From Podarcis gaigeae (Eukaryota), in assembly GCA_964106915.2 (NCBI GenBank), contig OZ066917.1: a stretch of DNA of 64,000 nucleotides; one strand, given 5' to 3'. The translations under genes and the position numbers were made by a program. This document shows positions 50,609 to 63,167 of this stretch, piece by piece; within the stretch, counting starts at the first letter, position 1; every line of letters begins with the position of its first letter. The notes beneath the pieces were generated by a model that saw nothing but the letters and a program-made list of their open reading frames with translations, ran no database searches and had not been told where the DNA came from.

Positions 50609-52016
50609 TGGGAAATGGCATACAGGTGATGTTAGAAGCAAATACTTTTTCTTGAAGGGAAATTGGGAGCTTCAGGAGAGCTTTTAAACTTAAATACAGA
50701 TTCCTTTCATTGGATGAGGGAAAGAGAACAAAAACAGTGAGAACAAAAACTTAACTTAACAAAAACTCAAAACAGGAGTTTGCTTTATGTTCTGAAGGTG
50801 GTGGCCGGTTACTACTCTTGTCTGCTGTCCTCCTGTATTATCAAAAGTGTTCTAGTAGATGCAAAAATGGCCCTTGTTTTTATGGGTAACTTATATTCCG
50901 CAGCCCCCGTGACAAGCACACTACTTCTATGAGTAATTTAATATCTGTGACGTTACGACAGAATTGAAAAAACAAGCTTTTAATTTATGTTGTAGAACTT
51001 ATTTCTGATTTAGCTAATTACATGTTCTTTTCTCTTCTCAAATATGTTCGTATTATTTATCTTCCTTTACTGCCATTTGCCACTTCCTATAATTGGTGTA
51101 GGGAACTAGTGTGAAAATGGGGGACGGAGAACCCAAACATTTTATTTTCTAGTTTTTGTCAGGACAGGTCCAGTTCTTGGGTAAACAGCACTGCTTGTGA
51201 AATTTTAAATGCTATTTTGATACCTAATCTAAACTTTATGCTTTCTAAAATGTTTTTGTGAAATGAATTACTTTGCATCAAAAGTAAATGACAGTGTCCT
51301 CTTTAAAAAGCCATACAAATGGTGTTCTTAAATTGATCCGTTTTCAGGTACCAAATGCCAAATCCAGTTTAAGTTCAATTCACCTACTACCTACAGTCAC
51401 TGCCAAACAGCCTTGGCTCCTTGCCCTGTGTGCTAGTCTAAGTGACTGTAACACATCATGCCACCATCAGAGGCTCAGGGCATGCTAACTAGAAATCTCG
51501 AAAGCATTGTCTTGGGAACCACAGCTCAGAATTTTCAATCTAATTATAAGCAGAACAAAAGCAATCAGCGTTTGTATTCAGCTTGTAATTTGTTTGGCCT
51601 CACCCCAGATCTCCTTACATTTGCCATTAAATTTACCTGGTGGAGGCAATGAGAAAGGCTTCTTGCTGCAGATTTGATTAGACCCCTGAACACTACAGCA
51701 GACTATATTCCACAGCCTTTATCATCGCTACTGCCGGGTAAAATTTGGGGTAAAGGGAAACAGTATGGTGGAGAAAGTATGGCAGAAAAATGCAAGAATT
51801 CTGTATGTCACAGGACCCCTCTTTTTTCCCCCTTGGCACTGCTTATTACAATTTGGAATGATCTAAAATGAGACCGACAGCAATGCACCTGTACATGTTA
51901 CCCAACCTGAAAAGAGAACGAGCATGTTTTCAGACAAGAAAACACGTAGCAAAACGCAGGAATGCAAGTCATCCTCTTTTCCCATATAGTACACTGTAAC
52001 ATGCAATAAAGCACTA

Positions 52017-52103
52017 AAGTGCCAATCCTACTCCCACTTAACTGGGAGTAAGCCCCATTGAACTCAATAGGACTTCTGAGTAGACATGGTTAGGCTTGCA
52101 CTG
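52017..52103. mobile_element. Short palindromic MITE (related copies near 2227-2575, 45948-46033, 54500-54560)
   Basis: caatccta...gggagtaagccccattgaactcaataggactt...taggcttgcact. Confidence 0.6.
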
Positions 52104-54647
52104 TGGTTATGTTCTGTGAGGGCATAGCTTTAAACTGTCCATTCTCTATAACCTGAACACCACCTGGCATGAAATGGGCAGCAGTATGTGAAATAACTCC
52201 TGTGGCCAGAGAATAATGGCATCATTTACCTTATATGCAAACCAGGGTTTTCCCCATTTCTCAGCAAAGAAACAAGGCTCGACCTGGGTTTTCTATTCTT
52301 CATATATCCAAAGCTTTCAGTGACTATTTTAAAGAATATAAAAAGGAAGGTTATTTTAGTGCTGTTATTGAGCCCTTTAGTAATTAAATACATGGAAGTT
52401 CAGTTAAGTTCAGTGCAAATATATTTAAAACACAACAAAAAAAATACAACATGAATTGTTTTATAGAATTAACTCAGTGCCAAAACAAACACTGGAACCA
52501 TGAAATTATTAGGACTTTTGGATTGTGGTGACCTTTGGCAATAAGCAATAACGTTTCTAAAGTAAAGAAACTAGGATTCGGTAAAGCTAGAAAACAACTA
52601 TATGGAATTTTTGTATACTGCCAATTATATTGATTTATTTTTTTTAAACCAAGGAGTTGTAATCTAACAAAACTAGGTGTGCTTAAGCCCCAACTACCAC
52701 TCTTTGTTAGATTGGGAATATAACATGGATCTTGTATGTTTATACGTGCTAGAAAGGAAAATATTAAAACCATATAATTTTGAATTTTAGTTTCTTTAAC
52801 AGTAATCCTTGTTAATCTGCCTATGTAGTAATTCTGCCTATGTAGAAATAAATTTAACTGCAAGAGTGGTCTGAATCACTGGTTTCAGTAAGGACAGACA
52901 GCTTTGGTGATGCTCCATTATCTTCAGTCCCTGCATGCGTTTTACATATGAGTGGAGTTCTGTATCCACACAACATCCCTAGAAAGCTTTTGGATTGCTT
53001 CTCTCTAAACTATGCTTGTACCCATGGATAGGTACCATCTAACTTGGGGTATTTTTTGTATTACTTTAGTTTTGGAAAAGAGATGTTGTGTAAATCCAGA
53101 AGGCAGTAGCAAAACTTAATTCAAAACTACATCTTTTTAGGTATTGTGTGTACAAAACTACAGACACAGGAACATAACTTGAATCTCTGGAAATAATTCA
53201 AATTCTAGAATTGCTCTTTAACAAATCAAATCTGTATTTAGATAGCTTGTCACTCAATTTAAATTTCATAAATCTAATTTACCTAATTCAGACATTTACA
53301 GGTGGTAACAGCTTTCATGGGTTGAAGTGGTGCAAGTGTCTCTGTTCTGCACCATTCACTGGAAGAAACATGTGATTCAGGTACTCCATTGCTAGGACAG
53401 AAGACCGGTAAAATCACATTAATGGATCAGCTGCACATAAAAGTCTGCATGGAGCATACACAATATATATTATTTCAGTTGTGTGGGCAGGGTGTTGAAT
53501 TACTCTTCCTCCAATCAAAGCCTATTCTTGCCTAGTAAATGTCTGAACCATGTCATAATTTCTGCTGGGCGTTTTCCATTTGTGATTGAGCATCAGATTA
53601 CTATATATTGATATTTTAATACAGATTTTCACTGCAGAGATAGTACAACGAAGATCAAAAATACTGATTCTAAACTGCTTCCCCATCACTTTCCCAAATA
53701 CTTGTCCCTCTTTTGACACCTCAATCAAATTTATTATTTTATTGTATTCTTTCCCACCTCTGTTATTGACAACTACCTTTTCTCCTCATGTGAATAAATT
53801 TGAGATATTGCTTAAAGTGAATTAAAGAACATTATCTTTGTACTCATTGAAGATAATGTTCTTCCAAAAGACACTGTCATATACTTTTGTGCACTTCCTG
53901 ATCTTTCTCTTTTCATTCTGATGCGGCTATTTTTTGCCTTTAGTTTGTGAATTACTACAATGTGAGTCAACATTTATAATCTCAATCTTAAACACATTTT
54001 CCTCAGTTCAGAGCCCAGTGGGGATAAAGTTCCTATACAGGGACTTTCTTCCCTTCAGCTTGTTTAGAACTGGGATGTCATGCATTTATTGACTGGTGAC
54101 AGGGGCAGCATCTAAATTGCTTAAATAATTTATAAGAACAGTATATATCCTTTCACTTGTGCCAATAATCATTTTTTTAAAAGTTAATGTTGAAACAATG
54201 TCATCTTTGAAAATATTGTCATGATATTGTAATATTTATCATATGTGATAGGCTGTCTCATTGCAACTGGTTAGGATCAGAAAACAATCATATACAAACT
54301 GTGGCTACCTAGAAATCTGACAATATCCCCTAACTATGCTATTTCATCCCAGATAGATTATAGACAGTAAAACAAACGTTTTCACCCTAAGGAATAGTGA
54401 AGAGTTAAGTATTAAATAAATAAGAATAAAGCTGTCTAGCATGGAGGAGTGTCTCATAAAGTCCACAGACGTTAGTAATTCTGTCACTGTAATTCTGTTA
54501 CGTGGAGTAGGTCCCACTGATTTCCATGGAATTTATTTCCACATAAGCATGCTTAGGAATAGTCTCAGCAAATTTGGTTGAGAAAGGGATACATTTAAAA
54601 TCCATCTAAGTATTTCCTCTTTGTCTCTTCTTTTACATATTATTGTA

Positions 54648-55213
54648 CCGTATTTTTCGCTCCATAAGACACACTTTTTTCCTCCTAAAAAGGAAGGGGA
54701 AATGTCTGTGCTTCTTATGGAGCGAATGTGTGGTCCCTGGCAGCAGCGGAGCTGGGAACTTTGGTTCCTGGAGCAGTGGGGGTGTGGCATGTCGCCCGTG
54801 TGAGCATCCTAATGGTGGTGCCCGTGTGAGCGTCCCCCGCTGAGTGTCCATCTGAGGGACTCTGTGACTTGCATGAGAGCAGCCAGGAGCCAGCGTAGAG
54901 GGGGAACTTTCTCCCTCGTGCGCTCTGTCAAATTGGGACGGGGAGCTCCCGCCAAGCAATATATTCACCTCTTAGCTGCCAGATGGCCATGTATGTCTGA
55001 AGGCTCTGAGGGAGACGTTGCCCAGAAATAGAGGAAACGGGTCTCTTTATCCCTTGGATGACCAAGCAAGGCTGGCAGGCAACACTTTTGGGTTTTGTTT
55101 CCAAAGCGAGGTGGAAACCTTCACTTTTGCTCTGTTTTTGTTTTGCATTTTTATGTTGTGATCTTTGGATGGAGGGCAGTATACAAATTAACAACACCTG
55201 ATCTAGACAAGCT

Positions 55214-55254
<41 letters not shown>

Positions 55255-55543
55255 CCCCCCTTCTCCAGTGTCCTCTCTCCTGGGGAACTGTTGAGGCTTA
55301 ATGCCAGGCCACACACACACACACACACAGAGAGGTGCTACCGCCCAGGGAGATAGATGTTGCGGCTGGAGAATGAGGCTCATTGAAAAGAGGGGCGGCG
55401 GCTGTTGGTGCAGCCACCAGGAATGCCGATGAGTTCAGTTTTGCTGCTGCTGCCTTTGGAGGCAGGCTTACTGAGCTGCAGGCGCTGTCCCGTTGCCAAG
55501 GCTCCAGTGGGAGAAGGTGCGTCTTATGGAGCAAAAAATACGG
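54648..55543. mobile_element. Tc2/pogo-like non-autonomous element, containing (CT)n at 55217-55251 and (CA)n at 55310-55329
   Basis: ccgtatttttcgctccataagac...gtcttatggagcaaaaaatacgg TIRs; TA on the left, CA on the right. Confidence 0.82.
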
Positions 55544-57721
55544 CACTTTGCTTGGACTAGAAATTACCGCACAGGACAAATGCTTACGAGATTTGTCAGA
55601 CATTGGTCCAATTCAACTAGGCACTAAAAGCATGTCAGTCAACCTTGGGTGATAAAAACTCCTCTAGGAAGATGTTAAAACTTAGGGGACCACCTTGCAT
55701 CAATAATAAAACAAAATGAAATTAATTTCTAATGTATATCCTGCCTGCCTTATTCCACTTTGGGCCACACCTTTCTGTACCTATCCAAACTTTAATATCT
55801 TTGCAGATGAAATATAATGAAGATGAGCTGTATTTGTAAGGAAAAAGAACAATCATGGTATCTTAGTAACTAAAGAGACTGGATCCATTTCTCATTTATG
55901 GAAGATTAAAGACAGAACAACAGGATGTGTTAGAACAATCTTCATACTTTGCCCACCTAGGGACTTCAGGACTTATGAGCAAAACAGATACTCCCATTCC
56001 AAAGGCCAGATAAATAGTGTTAAAATCTTGCTTCTGAAAACCAATTTCCTTTCATCAGAACCTTAGATGAAAATCAATTAAAAGCCAAATAAAACCAAAA
56101 CTTCAAATTCAGAACAGCTTTTCAAGTGACACTACAAGGCGGGCAGAATATGATGTAGGGGAAAATCACATATAATATCACTTTACTCCCAGACTGCTAT
56201 TTTCAAACTACTAAAAAGCACAGAGAAAAATAACAGAAAAAGGTTGATACGTTATCTTTTGTTGAAACAAGACATCAGGATCACCTCGTTCTCTTTTCCC
56301 CTCTTGCTAATTGGAAGTAGGATTCCTAATCTGAACAGTCTTTATCTACAATGATATATATATAGATATAGATATATATGTGTGCGCGCGCGCATGTATA
56401 AAGATATATGCATATATTTATACATGTGCACACCATACACATATATATTCAGCTATGTAACTGAGCAGATATTAGTGGCAGTGTATGCAAAACAAAAGAG
56501 AAAACAAAAATTACTTTAACAAGGTTACACTTTTGTTTTTTTTGTTTTTTTACACAAATACTGTGGTAAATATATTTTTTTAAAAAATCAGCACTCTATC
56601 TGGTAAACACCACATCTGTCCCTCTATAAAATTTTGAATTAAAAAAAATCTTGAGAACTTTTTTTTTAGTTACTTCCCACCCACTTTCTACGTCACTTTC
56701 CTCCACAAGAATAAATCTTGATGCAGCCTTTTAAAAAACAAAAAACAAAACCTACCCCCAAAGATTGTGGGAGCTAATCCTTTTCGTGTATCTAGAACAC
56801 TAGGTGGGAAAAAAAATATTGAAATCTTTTCCTTTTGCTGTTTCTCTTTGATATTTGCAAAAGTCCCGTTGATTGTGCTGAGGCCCATGGCTCAGCAAAG
56901 ACACTGAATAAATTACATAAAAAGCCAGCTTTGCTCACCTCAATTCTTACTTCATTGTTCCTAGCTTTTGATGAAATATGGTGTTGATGTTAGTGGGGAG
57001 GAAAGAAGTTGGGAATCATGAATCAGAATGTGTGGAATGGAACAGAATCCACAAGAGGAACCTATTATTCTCCTTCCCCATCCTGCAGGGACTCCACACC
57101 ATCCAACCCAAACTCCCTTGCCCTTCTCCACAGCCCTTTTTTAAGATAGCAAGACTAATGGTGGAATCCAATAGGGCCCATTTTCTGTGGTTGCTGCGCA
57201 ACCATATGGTTCTATTCCACAGTTTTAACTGGATACTGTGAAGTCCAAAGCGGTCAGAATTGTGAATCTGTCCATTGAAACACTGTAAGCGGTGTACTTA
57301 CGACAGTAGGCCTTGTAGATTTCATAACATATTTCTCCTCTAGTTGTTGGGGTTTTTTGTGTGTGTAGTGCTCTTCACAAGTGACAAAGAAGATTTTTTT
57401 TAAAAGTTTTTTTTTGTAGTAAAGAAGGGTTGTATTTAGAGGCCAGTAGCTAGAGATCCAACCAGTAGATCTCTTGAAGCACTATCTGGCCTTAAGGCCA
57501 CCATCAAAGGAAGGCTGAGCTAATTACTATTCACCCAGCTTCCAGAAATGTAATGTACCAGCAGGCAAAAAACAGTTCTTCATGTAGTACAAAAATGAAA
57601 TGAAAATAAACAAACAAAAAAGTAAAAATGAAAAAAAAATTATTAAATTCTAGTGCCATAGCTTTTTGTTGTTGTTTCTCTGGTTGGGCTTTGTTGTTGT
57701 TCATAACAGAATAGATTTTAC

Positions 57722-58225
<504 letters not shown>

Positions 58226-58671
58226 TCATGAATTAGCTAGTTCTTTTTGTTATAATTATAGAACAACGGTTAGGGAGGAGAGTTTTCTTGGAAATCAGTA
58301 TCTACTTTTATTGTATGTGTCAGGGGCTCTGACAGTATGTGATATTTTTTCTCTCTTACTTCAATTGAAGGTGAACACAAATATAAAGTAACTTGCCCCA
58401 AATAAAAAACAGAGTGATGGTTTCTTGGCTTTCTCTTGTCAGTATTGTTTCAGCCTACAAGAATTGTTGGTTTTGTTATGCCGGGTTAGATAACCTTCTT
58501 AGAGCACACTATATTTTAACACAGGACATACAGACCAGGGGTTTTTTCTTCACTGGATTACTGTTTATTTAGCTAGCTAGCAATTTTGAATATTAGTTAA
58601 AACACTTGTTAAAATCGTGTTAATAAAGGGGAATATATTATTCAAAACACACAAAACCTTTCTGTTAATGC

Positions 58672-58819
58672 CAGTGCTTTGTTTTCTTAAAAAATGTTTA
58701 GGGGGGTACTCTCATTTTCCTACTCATATTGAAATACTGCCCCTCAATGAGGCCAAACTTAGATGCACAAAATGTTTAGGGGTATGTGTACCCCTGTGTC
58801 CCCCCAGAAAAAAGCACTG
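58672..58819. mobile_element. hAT-type MITE in the last ZBTB20 intron
   Basis: cagtgcttt...aaagcactg; 8-bp TSD gttaatgc/gttaatac. Confidence 0.8.
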
Positions 58820-59826
58820 GTTAATACATTTCGAAGTTAACACCTGGCTCAACCCACTCTGTGTAGCACACAGCAGCAACTGCTAGCTACTTTATAGCAA
58901 GGCATCAAAAATGGCATTAGGGGATCATGCCTGTGCTGTAGCTGCATCCATAGTGAAGTATGAGACATATATGTTAGAAGTGACAGTTGGTGTGGCACAG
59001 TCTCCTAATATAATATACCACCCCCTGCACCTTGCTATAACTCCCTTTGGTATCATTTATCTTCCCAACCAAATGGTCTATGTTGCTTCTCTTTACAGGT
59101 TAAGCAGACGGCTTTTAAAAGTGTGTTTACACGAAAGTTACATTTTTCACTTTGTAGCTTTCAACGATGAATTTTCACCAGGTAAGTGACTATATTAATT
59201 TCCCGGCCAAGAAATTAAATTGCAAAACAAAGTATAAGGAGCAGGAGTCCCGTATCACCTTAAAAACTGACAGTATCTGGTGGCCTGCTTTTTCATAGGC
59301 TAGGCCCACATCTCAAACTTATCAGTTTTCCAAGCTAGGTCACTGAAATTTTCTTCCCACAAAGATTGGAAAATGTATGCTTTGGGATTTATTTTTATCC
59401 AGGATTCATGATGAAACCAGTTTTTGGCATGAAAGATCCTACATTTAGGGTTTTTAGAATAGTTCTCAAAGATATTTATTTACAGCTCTAAAACTTGCTT
59501 ATTATACTAAACTTTACTGGTTCTTGCATTTAATTTTCATTTGTTCTCAAGAAGATGTGCTGCTGTATTGCATAGGTGAGCAACCAGCAGTCTTTACCTT
59601 TGCAGCTCTGAAGCTGCCCCATTCTTCCATACCATTAGAGTTCCTACCTTCCTGTTCATTGCCTTATTTTATCTGACTTTTTAATTTTCTTTCCTTCTCT
59701 TTATCTTTTCAGAAGAATTGTAAAAAAAAATTTCTCCGCTTGTCTGAGAACAAACTGGTGTGCTTTTACAATATGAGAATAAGATCTTGAAAGAGACAAT
59801 TATGAATTATTTCAGCATCATATGAC

Positions 59827-59869
<43 letters not shown>
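59827..59869. repeat. (TAT)n microsatellite
   Basis: Direct reading. Confidence 0.95.
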
Positions 59870-59983
59870 TAAATGCAACGTGAGGGTGTCAAATAGAAGA
59901 CTATCTCTTCTAACCGACTGCATATTTATAAATGTTTTTCCTCTCTGAGCCTACAGCCTCACAAATAAGAGCCACACACTTAC

Positions 59984-61576
59984 CTGTATGTACAAACATG
60001 TGCTTGACATAATTCTGTTTGGCGGTGAAAGTCTTGTTGCAGAGGGTGCACTCATAAGGCTTTTTTTCACCCTGCCCACCTGCTGTGCTGTGGCCTGCAG
60101 AAGGAGCCAGGGGCTGTGGGGCTGGCAGTTGAGCAGTAAAAGTTGACAGGCCAGGCTGGGAGACTGTCACAAACTGTGTCTGTTGGCCTAAGGGTTGGGG
60201 CAGGCTGAAGAGGAAAGGCTTAGGACCACTGCCAGCAGACTGTGTAGTAAACAGTGCAGGCAGGTAGGTATTGCCAGCTGTGCCAATGACTTGTGTGTTG
60301 CTGGTCAGAGTCAGCGGCATCCTCAGATTGCTGGTGAGGGTTTCTGTCTGGCGTAAGTAGAGCTGGGTGCTTGGCAATGTTTGGGCAACAGTCGTAGTGA
60401 TAGAAGGCTGCAAAGTCCCCTTTTCAGTACTGTTGCTTACAGTGAGCAGTGTGCTGTCCCTTTCAATGTCATTGCCTCTCTCCGGTGAGGAAGAGTTGGC
60501 ATCTATGTGCTGCTGCTGAATGCCTTCAGCAGAAGCATCATTTTGTTCTGCTTGAGGAGGGTCTTGCTGACCTTCTCGGCTTAGACCAGTTATGAATTGC
60601 TGCTCAACAGAATCAGGCTCAGTGCCAATAGAGGAACTGACTCCTGAGTCAAAGCTTTCCCCCTTGGGCTCGCTCTCAGTGCCTTCTGCTTGATCAGTAT
60701 CCTCAGTGCATTCTTCAGATTCATTTCGCTCTAGGATCTGTACCCTCTGCTGTCCATAGTAGTCATAGTCATCCTCCATCTCTTGCTTGATGTGAATATT
60801 GCCCATGAGGGTCTGGATCCGAACTGGACGTGGTTGCTTCCGGCAGTGTGTAGTTTCTGGAGTAGTGGAGAGATACCGCTCCATCTGCTGTGAGCGCTCA
60901 TGGATCCGTGTAATCCAGCTTGGGTCTTCTATACGATGGTCTCTGGAAAGTCCCAGTGCTGTTTCATGGTGGCTGACCACTGCTCCACTGTAGAATGAAC
61001 GCTCTCCGCTGCCATTCTGCATAGAACAGGCATACAATGCTGAATAGATCCTGTCTACACTGTGCTGTGAGTGACTTTGCAGGTAGCCGGACTCTGTATC
61101 ACTGCTCTGTCCTGAAGTGGCTGACTCAGGAGTTCCTCGCGGTGTCTCCTGGGCAGAATCCTGGATCACTGGATAGATGTCGCCCACATTCTGTGACACA
61201 ATCCGGGTGCACTCGTCAATCACAGTCTTGATCTGAAGGATGCTGGCTGCTGTGAGGATCTGCAAGGCCTCTGACTGTGAGACCCGTAGCACCCCACTGT
61301 ACATGAAGTCAATGAGCTTTTGTACTGACTGGACTGACACCACAGAAGGAATTTCAATGTCGCTGTAGCCCAGTAGCAGCTTGTCCTGGAAGAAGGGACT
61401 GCCGGCCGCCAGCACACAACGGTGGGCGCGCAGCATGCTCCCGTGGATGCGGACCGTCACATCACAGAAGTGGCCACGGTTGCGTTGCTCGTTGAGGGTC
61501 TCGAGCACAGAATTGCTGAAGTTGTGGAGATTGATGCTATGAATGCGCTCTGTCATCCCCTTGCAACTAATGTTAC
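59984..61576 (-). CDS. ZBTB20: ZBTB20 large coding exon (BTB/POZ domain, linker, first C2H2 finger); short-isoform ATG at 61556
   Basis: [33 protein letters not shown]...[27 protein letters not shown] is near-identical to vertebrate ZBTB20. Acceptor ttttccattactgcag| at 61577 and donor CAG|GTAAGT at 59984/59983. Confidence 0.98.
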
Positions 61577-62817
61577 CTGCAGTAATGGAAAAGGCACAAT
61601 AGAAAGGCAAATGAGATGCTGATACAGGCATGTCCCGCCTCCCCCATTGTGTAATGTTGAAATTCTTTCGTCTGGGAAAACTTCAGTTCAGAATTTTCTT
61701 GCTCAGCTTTAAAAAATATTAGTAAGCTTATGTAAAAAATAAAAGTTCACTAAGATTTGAGGTGTGCATAGCCTCCTTAATTAGAACGTGAATTAGGTAA
61801 TCATGCCAACCATTTCGCCTTCCCAATAATGAAGAGTTCAGTGTTCTTTCCAAGTGCCTTCAGAAATACAGACAGGAGAACATGTATGTTCCTACACATT
61901 CCCCTTTAAACACATATGGAAGATGAAGTAAGAAGTGTCTGCATAACTATATTTAGTTGTGGATGTACAGATCAAAATATTTACTATCTACCAGTACTAA
62001 AACCAATTTTAATGCCAGCTTAAGTAATGGTTTGTTTAACTTTCTCACAGGAGAAACATAGCAGTTTAATTATTGATAAATGAATGCTTCTGGTGGCCTT
62101 ATGCCAATGGAATTACAGCTCCACTATGTCTGGGACAAAATCTAGCAATATTGTTTAAGACATTGGTTATAGGTTTGCGTTTATTTTTATTTTTTTACTA
62201 CATTTGGATCTCACTCTTCAGGCAAAACAGCTCCCAGAGCTACTTACATACAAGGCAGTCCCTACCCTCAGGCTCACAATAAACCCACAACATCCAAGGG
62301 AAAAGGGACAGGGAGGGAGCGGGAAAACCAAAACCAAAACTCGGGCACCAGTTCTTAAACAGTTGCTCCTATAATGACCCGCTGTTACAGTTCAGGCACA
62401 GGAGGTGTCTAATGGAGCTGGCCTTCACACCAGAGCTGATGGTGTGAGCAAAGAGGCCTGATGGAGCCTGTCAAATATGATGCTGGGACTGATGGGAGCT
62501 GCAGTACAGATGAAACATCTGGAGGGCACCTGGTTGGCAAATGCTACTGTATACAACTGCTGTGCCTGAAACCCACCATGATTAAACTGGCACCCACATT
62601 ATCATCTGTGAGGAGGTGGGGTAAAATGTACTTAACTGCCAGGGGAAGGGAAGGGCATCTAATGAGACAGTTGTTGGCCAGCCTAGCCTCAAATTAAGAG
62701 ACCAAAACTGAGGGCTTCCTCAAAGCCTAGGACAAGATGGTGCCCCCCCCCCCGACTTGGATAGAAACTGGCTGGAATGGCAGCTGAATCAGATTTCCAT
62801 AAAGGTAAAGCGACAAC

Positions 62818-63167
62818 AGGATGCGGGTGGCGCTGTGGGTTAAACCACAGAGCCTAGGACTTGCCGATCAGAAGGTTGGGGGTTCGAATCCCTGCGATGG
62901 GGTGAGCTCCCGTTGCTTGGTCCCTGCTCGTGCCAACCGAGCAGTTCAAAAGCACGTCAAAGTGCAAGTAGATAAATAGGTACCGCTCCGCCGGGAAGGT
63001 AAATGGCGTTTCCGTGCACTGCTCTGGTTCGCCAGAAGCGGCTTAGTCATGCTGGCCACATGACCCGGAAGCTGTACGCCGGCTCCCTCGGCCAATAAAG
63101 CGAGATGAGTGCCGCAACCCCAGAGTCGGCCACGACTGGACCTAATGGTCAGGGGTCCCTTTACCTT
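62818..63167 (+). mobile_element. Sauria SINE, full length, in ZBTB20 intron
   Basis: Typical head and acccttt-type tail; TSD taaagcgaca/taaagtgaca. Confidence 0.95.

Larger units (their letters stand above)
31985..57721 (-). other. ZBTB20: Putative very long ZBTB20 3' UTR (distal end uncertain, probably in or near the gap)
   Basis: Continuous AT-rich sequence with U-rich tracts on the minus strand and few TEs. Mammalian ZBTB20 has an annotated 3' UTR of more than 20 kb (from memory). The extent is inferred. Confidence 0.55.

Noticed and set aside
61577-61631. N-terminal extension [18 protein letters not shown] of the 573-aa ORF, and its C-terminal tail at 59910-59983
   Set aside because: Intronic read-through past clear splice sites (polypyrimidine tract plus CAG; GTAAGT donor).
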